A stretch of 64,000 nt of DNA from an uncultured virus (IMG/VR IMGVR_UViG_3300047462_000030) (IMGVR_UViG_3300047462_000030); one strand, 5' to 3'; numbered from the stretch's first letter, positions 21,982-32,303 are shown. Numbers and translations: made by a program. The notes: generated by a model not told the origin, from the sequence alone.

Positions 21982-22000
21982 AATTAACAACTATAAGTGT
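21982..22000 (+). promoter_or_regulatory. Putative phage late promoter, copy 3 (AATTAACAACTATAAGTGT)
   Basis: Matches the motif at 1524 and 12416; upstream of the internal-protein genes. Confidence 0.65.
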
Positions 22001-22026
22001 ATATAGTCTAAGGATATTTTACTGTA

Positions 22027-23889
22027 ATGGCACAAACAATAGGTTTTGGCGATTTAGAAGATCAGGATAATCAAACCCCTCAAAATGGTGGTTCTGCTTA
22101 TTCTTCGCCTTCCAATGCTCCTGGAGCTGGACAGGCTGGTACTTCGTCTGGAAACGGTGCTAGCTCCGCAGGAGGCAATTATTCAAATACTGGACAAAGT
22201 TCTGGTGTGGCTGCCGGTGGTGCTCCAAGTGGTGGTAACACAGCTTCCGCCGCTAGGCCCGCGACTTATAATCAGCAGAATCAAGGAACTGGTTTTACAA
22301 ACTTTCAAAATTATTTAAAAGCCAATAATCCTTCACAATTACAACAAACTGTAGCTAGTGGTTTAGAAAATCAGAATCAAAGCGTTCTGGGTAATTTAAA
22401 CAACGCTCAACAACAATTTAATACACAACAAAATGCAAGTCAAGCCAATACTAATGCAAATCAACAAGCTGTACAATCGGTACTTTCTAACCCTGATGCA
22501 TTTACAAATGTTAATACATCGTCTGCTGCAGTAAATGCTGCAGCCAATCCAACTGGTGCTGCTCCTAGTCAAGCTAATCTAACACAAGGTAACTTGTTTA
22601 GTCAATTGCTTGGTGGACAATACAGTGGACCAACTTCTCTTGCTGGTCAAACCGCATTAAATGGTCAAGCTCAAACTGCACAATCTGAAGCTCAAAATCT
22701 TAATAATACTGCTGGTAGACAACAAGTTTTACAACAACTTTTAGGAAGTCCTAATTATAATACTGGTGAACAAAACTTTGATGCTGCTTTACTAGGTCAA
22801 GGTGCTTCTCCTGCTTTAAATGCTGCTCAAACTCAAGCTAATGCATTAAATGGTATTGTTAATCAAGCTGGAGCCGGTGCTCAAGCTCAAGGTGCAGAAC
22901 AAACTAGTAATGCTCAACAATACGGGCAACAAGTACAAAATCAATTTACTAATACTGTTGGTAATTTAAATTCTCAATTACAACAACAAGCTGGTACTGC
23001 TCAGGCAAACCAGAATGCTGCTTATCAAACTCTTTTAAGTGCTGCTAATAGCGGTACATTAAATCAACAGCAAGCTAATTTACTTGGTGTTACAAATGGC
23101 GAACAAATTACAACTGATGATTTAGCTAATCTTCAAAAATTTATAACTGCTAATCCTTTAACTGCTACTGCACAAAATGTAGCAAATACTGGTAATTATG
23201 CAACTTTAGATGCTTTACAACAACTAGCTGGTTCTAATTCACCTGCTGCTGCTAATAGTATATTAAGTCAGTATCAAGGTCAACAAGGACAAGCTGGGGC
23301 ATTTGCTGCCGCTCCTCAAGCTGTTGCAAATACTACTGGTATAAATAATATGATTACTACAGATACTGGAGCTTATAATAGTGCAGAAAATGCAGCTCAA
23401 GGTACTGTTAACGCAGATCAATCTTTTGTTAATTGGGGACAAGGTATATTAAATGGTGGAGATTACGCAGCTTTAGAACAAGCTAATCCATTGTTATTTG
23501 CTGGTACAAATAATACTCAAGCTGGTTTAGATCAAGAAATACAAGAAGCACAAGCTGGTAATCAGAATGCAGCTAAAGATTTAGGGCAAGATGCTTGGAA
23601 TAATTATTTGTATAATGTATATGGTAATGGCCCAGATGCTGGTAATTCTAGAAATTTATCTGAAGGTTGGGCTCAAGGGCAATTACAACAAGCACAAGCC
23701 GCTTATAATAAAGAAGTTGCTAATTTAAATAGCACATATGGTGGTTTGAGTAATTTTAATGTAATTCCAGCTACTCCCACAGTTAATGCTTTAACGCAAT
23801 TGGCTGGGGCTCCTCAACTTGTAAATAGTACGGTAAACGCTGATCAACAAGAATTAGGCAACCAAGTGACAACAGGGACGAATTCATAA
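22027..23889 (+). CDS. Putative internal virion (ejection) protein, Q/N/A-rich
   Basis: 620 aa low-complexity helical protein after the nozzle-like gene. Confidence 0.55.
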   Translation: MAQTIGFGDLEDQDNQTPQNGGSAYSSPSNAPGAGQAGTSSGNGASSAGGNYSNTGQSSGVAAGGAPSGGNTASAARPATYNQQNQGTGFTNFQNYLKANNPSQLQQTVASGLENQNQSVLGNLNNAQQQFNTQQNASQANTNANQQAVQSVLSNPDAFTNVNTSSAAVNAAANPTGAAPSQANLTQGNLFSQLLGGQYSGPTSLAGQTALNGQAQTAQSEAQNLNNTAGRQQVLQQLLGSPNYNTGEQNFDAALLGQGASPALNAAQTQANALNGIVNQAGAGAQAQGAEQTSNAQQYGQQVQNQFTNTVGNLNSQLQQQAGTAQANQNAAYQTLLSAANSGTLNQQQANLLGVTNGEQITTDDLANLQKFITANPLTATAQNVANTGNYATLDALQQLAGSNSPAAANSILSQYQGQQGQAGAFAAAPQAVANTTGINNMITTDTGAYNSAENAAQGTVNADQSFVNWGQGILNGGDYAALEQANPLLFAGTNNTQAGLDQEIQEAQAGNQNAAKDLGQDAWNNYLYNVYGNGPDAGNSRNLSEGWAQGQLQQAQAAYNKEVANLNSTYGGLSNFNVIPATPTVNALTQLAGAPQLVNSTVNADQQELGNQVTTGTNS

Positions 23890-24221
23890 TGAGTGAAATG
23901 TACGCAGATTATTTAGAAGAGTTTGGTGTTAAACATATGTATCACTACGAAAAAGGCTTTGCTATATACGAAATTACAGGCCATGAGTGTTATATTTCAG
24001 AAATATATGTTAAACCAGAATATAGAGATCAAAACATTGCTAAAGAGCTTCAAAGTTCTGTGGCTAAAATTGCTAAAGAACATGGATGCACAAGACTACT
24101 TGGATCAGTTGTTGTGTCAACACCTAATTCATCTAGAAATTTAAGCATGTTATTTAAAGACGGGTTTAAGTTAGTAAGTGCTTCACCAAATTTTATAGTA
24201 GTTTCGAAAGGGATTGAATAA
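23889..24221 (+). CDS. GNAT-family acetyltransferase-like protein
   Basis: Motif A YISEIYVKPEYRDQNIAKEL, plus AKEHGCTRL and FKDGF. Confidence 0.75.
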   Translation: MSEMYADYLEEFGVKHMYHYEKGFAIYEITGHECYISEIYVKPEYRDQNIAKELQSSVAKIAKEHGCTRLLGSVVVSTPNSSRNLSMLFKDGFKLVSASPNFIVVSKGIE

Positions 24222-27200
24222 TGGGTTCAGCGATTTCATCTGCATCTTCTATCGGTGGTAGCATCGGTGGAGCAATTGGAGGCATAATTGGACAAGGCAA
24301 TGCTTCTGGTGATGCATCTCAAGCTCAAAGTCAAGCGGCATTAGCAAATCAAATAATGCAGCAAATGGCTTCAGTGCCAGATATATCAAAGCCTCTTGTA
24401 CTTGATCAGTACAGACAAGCTGGTGTATTAACTCCCGCAATGGAACAACAAATCAATCTTGGTGTTTCACAAGCTTCTCAAGTTAAAGCTAATCCTGCTC
24501 TTCAAGCTGCTCAAAATCAAGCCCTTCAACAAATGGCTACAAGAAGCCAAACAGGTCTTACTGCATCTGATCGTGCAGCATTTAATCAATTACAATCTCA
24601 AGTTGGAGCTAATACGCAAGGTAGAGAACAAGCTATCATGCAACAACAACAAGCTCAAACTGGTGGACAAGGTATTCAAGGAGCTTCTTTAGCTGCTAAA
24701 CTATCAGCTTCTCAAGCTGGTGCTAATACAGAAGCTACACAAGCTGACCAATTGGCTGCTCAAGCGTCTAATAACGCTTTACAAGCAACAACTCAATATG
24801 GTCAAATGGCTGGTCAAATGAATAGTCAACAATATCAGCAACAACAAGAAGCTGCTAAAGCTGCTGATGCATTTAGACAATTTGACGTTCAAAACCAAGT
24901 TGCTCAACAACAACGTAATATTACGGCTCAAAATCAAGCTCAACAATACAATCTTAATTTGGCTCAAAATACAAACAATGCAAACGTATCTCAAGCCAAT
25001 CAAGAAGCTAATAATCAATTGCAACGTGAAGCCCAACAATGGCAATTGCAATATCAACAAGCTGCTGGCCAATCTGCTGCGGCTGCTGGATATGGTAACG
25101 TTCTTTCTGGTCAAGCTCAACAGATCGCTCAAGCTGGTGCTAACTTAGGCGCTGGTCTTGGTGGTGCTGCTGGTTCTGCTGCTTCATACGCTGGTTCTTC
25201 TGGCGGTGGTGGAGACTCAGGTGGAGACTCAGGTGGAGATGATAGCTCTGATGATTTTTACCGAGGTGGTAGAGTTAAAGGTTATGCTGATGGCGGATCT
25301 GTAAATAATCAAACTGCTTTTAGTCAGTTAAATCCAATTCAATTGACTGGTTTAATGCAACAAGCAAAAGGCGGAGCTGCTCAATATAATCTTCCTCAAA
25401 GACAAGAAATGGCTGCTCTTCAAATACCTACAGTAAAAATTTCTGATAAAGATCCTGCTAAAAATGCAAAAGCTGTGCCAATGGGTACAAGCTCTGATTC
25501 AACAGATCCAAATATAACAGGTTCAAATAACCTATTAGTACAAAATGGCGATGCTTCAACTGGTCAAGTAATGGCTGGTGGATCTAATGATAATAGTGGT
25601 ATTTCTGATCCTGCTGGATTGGCTGGTCTATTAGATCAATACGGATCTGCTCCTCAGCAACAACAAACTGCTTACAATGGTGGTCAAATCCATAGACAAG
25701 ACTATCGCAATGGTGGTAAAGTTAAAGGTAAAGCTCCTGTAAAAGGTGATAGTCCTAAGAATGATATAGTACCTGCTAAACTTTCTCCCGGTGAAGTTGT
25801 ACTGCCACGATCTATTGCTTCTAAGCTTAAAAATGCTCCAGACAGTGATTTTCATGAACATTTGAATAAAATTGTTGGTCCATTCATTCGTAAATCTCAA
25901 CAAGAGATGGCTAAGGGTGGAGAAGTAGATTCTAAACCCGAACATGATAAACGTAATCTTAAAGAATTAAGTAAAGCTTTTGCTAACTTCCTTAAAGAAG
26001 AAGGTAATGAGAAATACGCCGATGGTGGAGAAGTTCCTACAAAAAAGAGTGACTTTGAAGCTCAAGAAGAAGCTATTGCTCAAAAGAAAGCAATTTTAAA
26101 ACATGCTGGTTATAATCCAGATCAATCTGATTTTGAAGTTGGTGAAGAAGCTGCTGAAGCTAATCGTCGTGCCAATCCAAGTGATGATCATAGTTCTAAT
26201 AATATTGGCTATGATGATGGCGGTGAAGTAGATGATAGTGATTCAGATGATGATTCTGATGATGGAATAAATGCTTCAGATTCCCCACTTTCTAATTTCT
26301 CAGGTAATAATCAAGGTATACAAGCTGCTGCTCAAGCCGATGCTGGTATGAATCCTAAAGTCATGAGTGGTGCTCCACCTCCCCGTGGTAACATGGTTGC
26401 TGCTCCTCCAAAACAACAAAGTTCTGGCGGTGGTGGCGGAGATGATAGTGGCATGGGTGATGCTATGAGCGCTATGGAATTCATGGCTGCTGATGGCGGA
26501 GAAGCTCCAGATAACGATGATGATACGGCTTGGGGTAGATTAAAGAAAACTCTCAAAGATCAATTCAATCCTCCACCCACTCCTCCCGCAAAAGATGAAG
26601 ATCCCGAAGCTACTCGTGAAAAGAATTATGCTGAAATTAGGCATCAAAACCTAGTTAATATGGGTGAAGCTGAAGGTGACAAGACTGAATATAAAGGTGG
26701 AGCTATAAAAGAACAAAAATTTGCTGATGGTGGTGAATCAATTGATGATTCTCAACCTGCTGAACCTGATACATCTGCAGATGATCAAGATGACGGTTCT
26801 GATGAAGATCCAATTTATGTTCGTGCTAAACCTAATTCTGATAAAGATATTGATGAGTTAGGTAAAGAACAATTTGAAGATGATAAAGATTCTCCTAAAG
26901 TAGAAGCTAAAGCAGATGAAGATGATGATAAAGATCGTTCTAAAGATCCTGCTGACTTAGAAGATGTTTCTAAAGAACTTGCTGATGATAAGAATCCAGA
27001 AGATGAAGATGCTAAAACTAAGAAAGTAATAGCAGATTTCGATAAAGCCGAACATCCAGAAGATGAACGTAAAGTCGCTTCTGCTGATGATGCTATTGCT
27101 TCTGATGCTGACATCACAAATGATGATGTTAAACAAGTTACTCAAAATCCAAATGAAGTGGATGATGATGAGCAACCTGTTAAAGCTCCAGAACAAAAGA

Positions 27201-28336
27201 TTTCAGACTTTCAACAACAATTGCGTCGTGCTCAAGCTCAACGTCAAGCTATTTTAGCTGGTGCTCAAGGTGCTAAATATGGCGCTTTAATTGCTGCTGG
27301 TCTAGCTGGACATGGTGCTAAACCTGCTGGTGCTGAATACTTTAATAATGATGCTTTAGCTCAGACTCCTGTACAAAATATTAAAGAACGTGCAGATGCT
27401 GAAATGAATGATCCTGATAGTGGAGTATCTAAGTTTTATCGACAAAGACTTAAAGAAAGTCTTGGTACAACTGTAGCCCCTGATGTATCCGCTGCTGGTT
27501 TAAAAGCTTTATTCCCTCAAGTCACTAAAGTTGTTGGTCAAGATTATGCTGCTTATCAAAAGCAACAAGATCGAGCACTTAAAGAACGTATTGCAAATCA
27601 GAATAATGCTACAAAGAGAGATGTTACAAACACCAGAGTTGGTGCTCAACGTGATATAGCTACTCAACGTAATGCTACCGCTAAAGATATTGCTGGTCAA
27701 AAGAACAGTCTTCATGTAAGTGATAAAGATAAAGCAGAACAAGATAAAATCACTAAAGAACTCAATAGTTTACAAGCTTCTTCTAGATCAGTTCTTGGAT
27801 CTGCCGCAATGACTAAACAACGAGTTCAAAAGCTTAAAGACATTGTAAACGATCCTAATGCAACTCCTCAAGACATGAATTTGGCAGCTAGTGAATTAAA
27901 TACTGCTGTTACAAATACAAGTACTGTTGCTGGAGCTAAAGGCTTAGAATACCATAACTTACAAACTGGCTTAGCTAACTTGATGCAAAAATATACAAGT
28001 AATCCTCATGCACCTAATGTTCCTGAGATTAAAAAGCATATAGCTGAATTAGCCGATAGAATGGCCAATGTATCTGATGATGTTATTAGTAATAATGCTG
28101 GAGCTATCAAAGCTGGACATACAGACTTTGTAAGCAAATATCCTGACAGATGGAATGATATGTTGTCTGCTAATACTGGATCTGGTATGCCCACTGTTCC
28201 TCAAGCACCTGGCGCACCTGTACCTGGACAAACTCCTGGTAGAACAGTAGTTAAAAAGGGTTATAACGCTAAGACTAACCAAACTCAATTCATCTATAGC
28301 GATGGCACAAAAGAAACGAAATCAGGTAAATTGTAA
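24221..28336 (+). CDS. Putative internal virion/DNA ejection protein with repeated GG motifs
   Basis: G/A-rich N-terminus (IGGSIGGAIGGIIG), Q-rich helices, about ten [YFMA]xxGG motifs, NDIVPAKLSPGEVVLPRS segment, acidic tract. Confidence 0.6.
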   Translation: MGSAISSASSIGGSIGGAIGGIIGQGNASGDASQAQSQAALANQIMQQMASVPDISKPLVLDQYRQAGVLTPAMEQQINLGVSQASQVKANPALQAAQNQALQQMATRSQTGLTASDRAAFNQLQSQVGANTQGREQAIMQQQQAQTGGQGIQGASLAAKLSASQAGANTEATQADQLAAQASNNALQATTQYGQMAGQMNSQQYQQQQEAAKAADAFRQFDVQNQVAQQQRNITAQNQAQQYNLNLAQNTNNANVSQANQEANNQLQREAQQWQLQYQQAAGQSAAAAGYGNVLSGQAQQIAQAGANLGAGLGGAAGSAASYAGSSGGGGDSGGDSGGDDSSDDFYRGGRVKGYADGGSVNNQTAFSQLNPIQLTGLMQQAKGGAAQYNLPQRQEMAALQIPTVKISDKDPAKNAKAVPMGTSSDSTDPNITGSNNLLVQNGDASTGQVMAGGSNDNSGISDPAGLAGLLDQYGSAPQQQQTAYNGGQIHRQDYRNGGKVKGKAPVKGDSPKNDIVPAKLSPGEVVLPRSIASKLKNAPDSDFHEHLNKIVGPFIRKSQQEMAKGGEVDSKPEHDKRNLKELSKAFANFLKEEGNEKYADGGEVPTKKSDFEAQEEAIAQKKAILKHAGYNPDQSDFEVGEEAAEANRRANPSDDHSSNNIGYDDGGEVDDSDSDDDSDDGINASDSPLSNFSGNNQGIQAAAQADAGMNPKVMSGAPPPRGNMVAAPPKQQSSGGGGGDDSGMGDAMSAMEFMAADGGEAPDNDDDTAWGRLKKTLKDQFNPPPTPPAKDEDPEATREKNYAEIRHQNLVNMGEAEGDKTEYKGGAIKEQKFADGGESIDDSQPAEPDTSADDQDDGSDEDPIYVRAKPNSDKDIDELGKEQFEDDKDSPKVEAKADEDDDKDRSKDPADLEDVSKELADDKNPEDEDAKTKKVIADFDKAEHPEDERKVASADDAIASDADITNDDVKQVTQNPNEVDDDEQPVKAPEQKISDFQQQLRRAQAQRQAILAGAQGAKYGALIAAGLAGHGAKPAGAEYFNNDALAQTPVQNIKERADAEMNDPDSGVSKFYRQRLKESLGTTVAPDVSAAGLKALFPQVTKVVGQDYAAYQKQQDRALKERIANQNNATKRDVTNTRVGAQRDIATQRNATAKDIAGQKNSLHVSDKDKAEQDKITKELNSLQASSRSVLGSAAMTKQRVQKLKDIVNDPNATPQDMNLAASELNTAVTNTSTVAGAKGLEYHNLQTGLANLMQKYTSNPHAPNVPEIKKHIAELADRMANVSDDVISNNAGAIKAGHTDFVSKYPDRWNDMLSANTGSGMPTVPQAPGAPVPGQTPGRTVVKKGYNAKTNQTQFIYSDGTKETKSGKL

Positions 28337-30504
28337 TGGGTAAAAAAGAACAACAAGAATTAGATAAAGGTTTTGAAGAAGTTCCTACAGGTCATGCTGA
28401 CCTAGATGAGGGATTTGAATCGTCTGAGCCTTCTAGAGAAGCTGCTTCTTCGCCTCAAGCCGGTGGTCCATCTCAATTGGATGCATTAGGTAGAGGTCTT
28501 GGTAAGGGTGTTACATTTGGCGCTCAAGCTCCATTAGCTGGCCTAGGAGCTGCGGCAACACAAGCAATGACAGGCAATCAAGGTCCTAAACCAGGACGTA
28601 ACCTACCTGCCTTATTGGCTGCATATGAAGAAATGAAAAATGAGCAAATGGCTAAGAATGCTGCCGCTCAAAAGGCATATCCTAAGACATTTGGTGCTGG
28701 TGAATTTGCTGGTGCTTTACCTACAGCAATTGCTACAGGTGGAACTTCTCCTACATTAGGAGCTAGTGCTACTCAAGGAGCTGCCGCAGGTTTAGGGAAC
28801 TATGTAGGTTCTACACAGAATCCTAACGTGAAAGATGCAACAATTAATACTGCCGCTGGTATGATGGGTGGAGCTGTATTACATCAAGCTGCTCCAGGTC
28901 TTATTGAAGCTGGTGGTGATGCATTAAATGCTGTTGGAGCTGGTGCTAAGAAAGTTAAAGATTTTGCTGGTAAATTTACTCCTCAATCTCTAAAAGAAGG
29001 ATACCAAGCGGGTAAAGAAGGCATTAATTTAATGTCTAAAGAAACTCAACAAAAGGTATTACCTGAAGAAGCAAATAAGGCTGCTGATAATTTTACAAAA
29101 CGTATTTTATCTGCTAAAGATGAATTACAAGCAGATGTTGATAAACACCTAACAGAAGCTACAAAAGGTGGAATGGTAATTGACCACGACACTCAACCTG
29201 AGATGCAACATTTTTCTCAAGAAGATGGCACAATTTCTCCTGATGACCAAATGCAAAGTGATATTGAAGGGTTATCAAATAAAGATCAATATGAAGGTCT
29301 TGGGGATGATGAGGGACAAAGTTCTTCTCTAGCTCAAGATGCTAATAATCCTCCTCCAAAACAAGTAAGTCCATTTCAAAAAGCTTTTAATGGTATACAA
29401 AAAGTAGTAGATTCTGATGCTTCTTACGGAGATCCTAATACAGAATCTGGTAAATTTGCTCAAAAGTTATTTAATAAGATTACACAATTTAAAGAAGCCG
29501 ATGCCGGAGCTGGAGAAACCCCTTCAAATCTAGTAGATCAATATGGAAATTCACTAAAAACTGCTGCTGATGAAGGTCCAGAATCTGAATTTAGAACATC
29601 TTTAACTCCCCTTGAAACTCGTAACCTTGCCAATGAAGTTGGTGATTATGCTAGAGTTTTAGGTAAAAATGGTGAGTCTAAGCTTGCTAAAGTTGCTAAT
29701 GAATTTCAACAAGAATTACGTTCTAGATTAAGAACTGAAGTTCCAAATTATGCCGAAGCTGCCGATAGATTAAGTCAATTTCAAAAGTATTTACCTGAAA
29801 CTCTTATGAGTGAAGGTGAACAAGCTTCTGATAGTGGAGTTAGATTATCTGATTCTGCTAGTCAATATCAAGATATTAAAGATCCTACACAAAACCTTAT
29901 TTCTAAACTTAGTAAACAAGGTCAATCAACTGATACTGCCAAACAGACTTTTAATAGACTTGAAGAATCTTTAGATACTTTAAATACCCTAGAAAAATCT
30001 AGAAAAGCTGTATCTGAGTTGAATAGTATTCCATTTGAATCTGTATTTGATAAAATGGGTATGACAAAAGATGAAATGTTACAATATCTTAGACAGAAGT
30101 CTCAACGTGCTGCTGCTTATGATATGATGAAAACTGGAGCCATCCCACTCCATACTCCGAAGACCTTTACACAAGCTGTTGCTGATACCGCCGGTAAAGC
30201 TGGCGTTATAGCTGCAAATGGTATTGGTAGAGCTTCACAAAACGTTGGTGGTATTGTTTACAATGCCCCTAAAGAAGTCTTGTATGCAATGGCAACAAAA
30301 CTTTCTAAGAATCCCGCTGTATCTCATTTAGCAGCAGGGTTACAATCTGCCGTTGCTTCTGGCGACCTAGTTAAACAGAACGCAGCGTTATTTGCAATCT
30401 TACAAAATCCAACTGCTAAAACAATCATTGATCCTGATATCAAAGATACAGAAAATCAATCAACGTCGCTTCCTAAACGAAGCCCCTATAACACGGAATT
30501 CTAA
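28336..30504 (+). CDS. Putative internal virion/DNA ejection protein
   Basis: RGLGKGVTFG and A/G-rich hydrophobic helices typical of podovirus ejection proteins. Confidence 0.55.
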   Translation: MGKKEQQELDKGFEEVPTGHADLDEGFESSEPSREAASSPQAGGPSQLDALGRGLGKGVTFGAQAPLAGLGAAATQAMTGNQGPKPGRNLPALLAAYEEMKNEQMAKNAAAQKAYPKTFGAGEFAGALPTAIATGGTSPTLGASATQGAAAGLGNYVGSTQNPNVKDATINTAAGMMGGAVLHQAAPGLIEAGGDALNAVGAGAKKVKDFAGKFTPQSLKEGYQAGKEGINLMSKETQQKVLPEEANKAADNFTKRILSAKDELQADVDKHLTEATKGGMVIDHDTQPEMQHFSQEDGTISPDDQMQSDIEGLSNKDQYEGLGDDEGQSSSLAQDANNPPPKQVSPFQKAFNGIQKVVDSDASYGDPNTESGKFAQKLFNKITQFKEADAGAGETPSNLVDQYGNSLKTAADEGPESEFRTSLTPLETRNLANEVGDYARVLGKNGESKLAKVANEFQQELRSRLRTEVPNYAEAADRLSQFQKYLPETLMSEGEQASDSGVRLSDSASQYQDIKDPTQNLISKLSKQGQSTDTAKQTFNRLEESLDTLNTLEKSRKAVSELNSIPFESVFDKMGMTKDEMLQYLRQKSQRAAAYDMMKTGAIPLHTPKTFTQAVADTAGKAGVIAANGIGRASQNVGGIVYNAPKEVLYAMATKLSKNPAVSHLAAGLQSAVASGDLVKQNAALFAILQNPTAKTIIDPDIKDTENQSTSLPKRSPYNTEF

Positions 30505-30505
30505 T

Positions 30506-30772
30506 ATGGATGAAAAACGAATCTTCGATAAACTCGAAAAAATTGAAGATCACATTGGTAAACAAGAGGTTAATCTAGGTCGGTTAACTGTTTCTGTTGA
30601 AGAACATGTGAAAAGATCAAATCTTTTGGAAGAAAATATAACAATTTTAAGATCTGAACTTGAACCAGTTAAAGCATCTGTTAATAAAATAGACGGTGCA
30701 ATAAAGTTTGTCTTACTCGTCGTTATTCCCTTGGTCGCCGCTGTTATTACGACCATGCATTTCATGAAATAA
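30506..30772 (+). CDS. Coiled-coil protein with C-terminal TM helix (holin/XhlA-like)
   Basis: MDEKRIFDKLEKIE... coiled coil, then FVLLVVIPLVAAVI; ATG 30506 follows the preceding stop. Confidence 0.55.
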   Translation: MDEKRIFDKLEKIEDHIGKQEVNLGRLTVSVEEHVKRSNLLEENITILRSELEPVKASVNKIDGAIKFVLLVVIPLVAAVITTMHFMK

Positions 30773-31237
30773 AGCATTAAGATCATTTAACTTTTCTCTA
30801 TAATCGTCCATAATTTTCTTTAAATTTTTATCTTTTTCGGCCAATGCTATTGCTTTTGGCGACTCTAATGCTTCTTTAAGTGTTTCTCTTTGCATTATAA
30901 GTTCTTCTGGACTTAAAGCTTCATTTGAAAACTTAATAGCTTCCAATCCATAAATTGTACCTGATGCCTTAGCTCTAGTTAAAATATCAGCATTTCTATT
31001 GTTATTACGTTGATATGACTCAAGTTCGTCTTTTTTCTTCTTATGGATCTTAGGACCTTTGTGTTTAAAAGCGGCATTAGTATACTCTTCAGTAAACCTA
31101 TTTAGCCAATCTTTTTCTTTATCACTCAATTGATCTACATAATCATAGTCAATTAATTCAAATCTAGTCCTGAGATTCAGGTGTGGAACTAGGGCTGGAT
31201 ACTTCTCTTTTGATCGTCTCGTTGACTTTTTTGCCAT
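30713..31237 (-). CDS. Hypothetical protein, last gene of the minus-strand arm
   Basis: 174 aa ORF overlapping the convergent + gene. Confidence 0.6.
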   Translation of the reverse strand: MAKKSTRRSKEKYPALVPHLNLRTRFELIDYDYVDQLSDKEKDWLNRFTEEYTNAAFKHKGPKIHKKKKDELESYQRNNNRNADILTRAKASGTIYGLEAIKFSNEALSPEELIMQRETLKEALESPKAIALAEKDKNLKKIMDDYREKLNDLNALFHEMHGRNNSGDQGNNDE

Positions 31238-31889
31238 GATGCTTCTTTCTAAGTTGTCGTATCTGTTTCATAGTGATAAATTCAAAAATTGACTTATCTA
31301 CCCCAAAAAATGCTATCCTACTATCATTTAAACGTTCTTGTTTAAAAAACAATTTACAAAAATTATAAAATTGGTTATAACCTAATGGTGCTCTTTTTCT
31401 AGTTTTACGAACAAAAGTTCTGTATAAATCAAACAATATATATGTTTCTAGAAATAAACTACCAGATTTAATGTTATAATAATTCAAAAACTTATCAAAA
31501 TGTTCTTTGTATGCTGGTACTTTTGTACGAGGATGAGATTTAGCTAAAATAAAGTTATATACTTCTTCTGATATATCTAAAGACTTTTTATTTATGTAAA
31601 AAAACTGATGAGCACCTTTTACATGAGGTTTAAAATATTGGTGCATTTCTTTTGTAAAATCTTTTTGTTCTAAAGGATTTGAAGACCAAAGAGAATATAA
31701 ACGATATAAAAGTTTTTTATTTATTAAATCTTTGCCGGATTTGATTTTGTAGAAAGCTAGAAACAGTGGAACGTCTGTTTCATATTCTTGTGTACTTTGC
31801 TCACTTGAAGGATATTGTTCCAGAGCTTTTAAAAGTTCATCATCGCTGTAATCTGTTAATGTTCGTTTGCGTTCCATCGCTGTTATCAA
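31164..31889 (-). CDS. Putative DNA-binding protein with two tandem winged-helix-like repeats
   Basis: Internal duplication FLAFYKIKSG..LYRLYSLW..PL versus FLNYYNIKSG..LFDLYRTF..PL. Confidence 0.5.
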   Translation of the reverse strand: MITAMERKRTLTDYSDDELLKALEQYPSSEQSTQEYETDVPLFLAFYKIKSGKDLINKKLLYRLYSLWSSNPLEQKDFTKEMHQYFKPHVKGAHQFFYINKKSLDISEEVYNFILAKSHPRTKVPAYKEHFDKFLNYYNIKSGSLFLETYILFDLYRTFVRKTRKRAPLGYNQFYNFCKLFFKQERLNDSRIAFFGVDKSIFEFITMKQIRQLRKKHHGKKVNETIKREVSSPSSTPESQD

Positions 31890-31895
31890 AGCTGC

Positions 31896-32303
31896 TTAGT
31901 GACCTGCTAACTTCTCTCCTGTATACGCTGCTGCCCCTGTAACTGCTACTCCCAATAGGAAATAGAGCCATTCGTTCTTCTTCTCTAGGTCATTAACTTT
32001 CTCTACACGGCTTTCTAACTTGGTCGAGGTTGCTATCCAATTCTGAATACGTTCTTCATCTGTCTGAATAGTAACTTGATATAAACTAATAGCTTTTTTA
32101 TCATCAGCAATCTGTACATCTTTAGCTTGACTATCTTTAATAATCTTTCCTACACAAATATGTAGGTTATCTGGATATGTTTTAGTTCCATCTTTATTAT
32201 TAATAATCTTAGAAAAATCACAAACTGTTCCATCATTTGTAGTAATTGTTGTTCCAAATGCAGAACTTGAAATTAATGATAATGCTATTAAGAATTTAAT
32301 CAT
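31896..32303 (-). CDS. Exported coiled-coil protein with C-terminal hydrophobic anchor (spanin-like?)
   Basis: Signal peptide MIKFLIALSLISSSAFG, coiled coil, WLYFLLGVAVTGAAAY. Confidence 0.45.
   Translation of the reverse strand: MIKFLIALSLISSSAFGTTITTNDGTVCDFSKIINNKDGTKTYPDNLHICVGKIIKDSQAKDVQIADDKKAISLYQVTIQTDEERIQNWIATSTKLESRVEKVNDLEKKNEWLYFLLGVAVTGAAAYTGEKLAGH

Noticed and set aside
25208..25240. 12-bp tandem repeat GGTGGAGACTCA
   Set aside because: Encodes a GGDS linker; too short to suggest a separate function
2051..30786. Antisense ORFs within structural genes (e.g. 2051..2575, 8364..8705, 26815..27117)
   Set aside because: Shadow frames of biased, low-complexity coding sequence with no RBS or recognisable motifs
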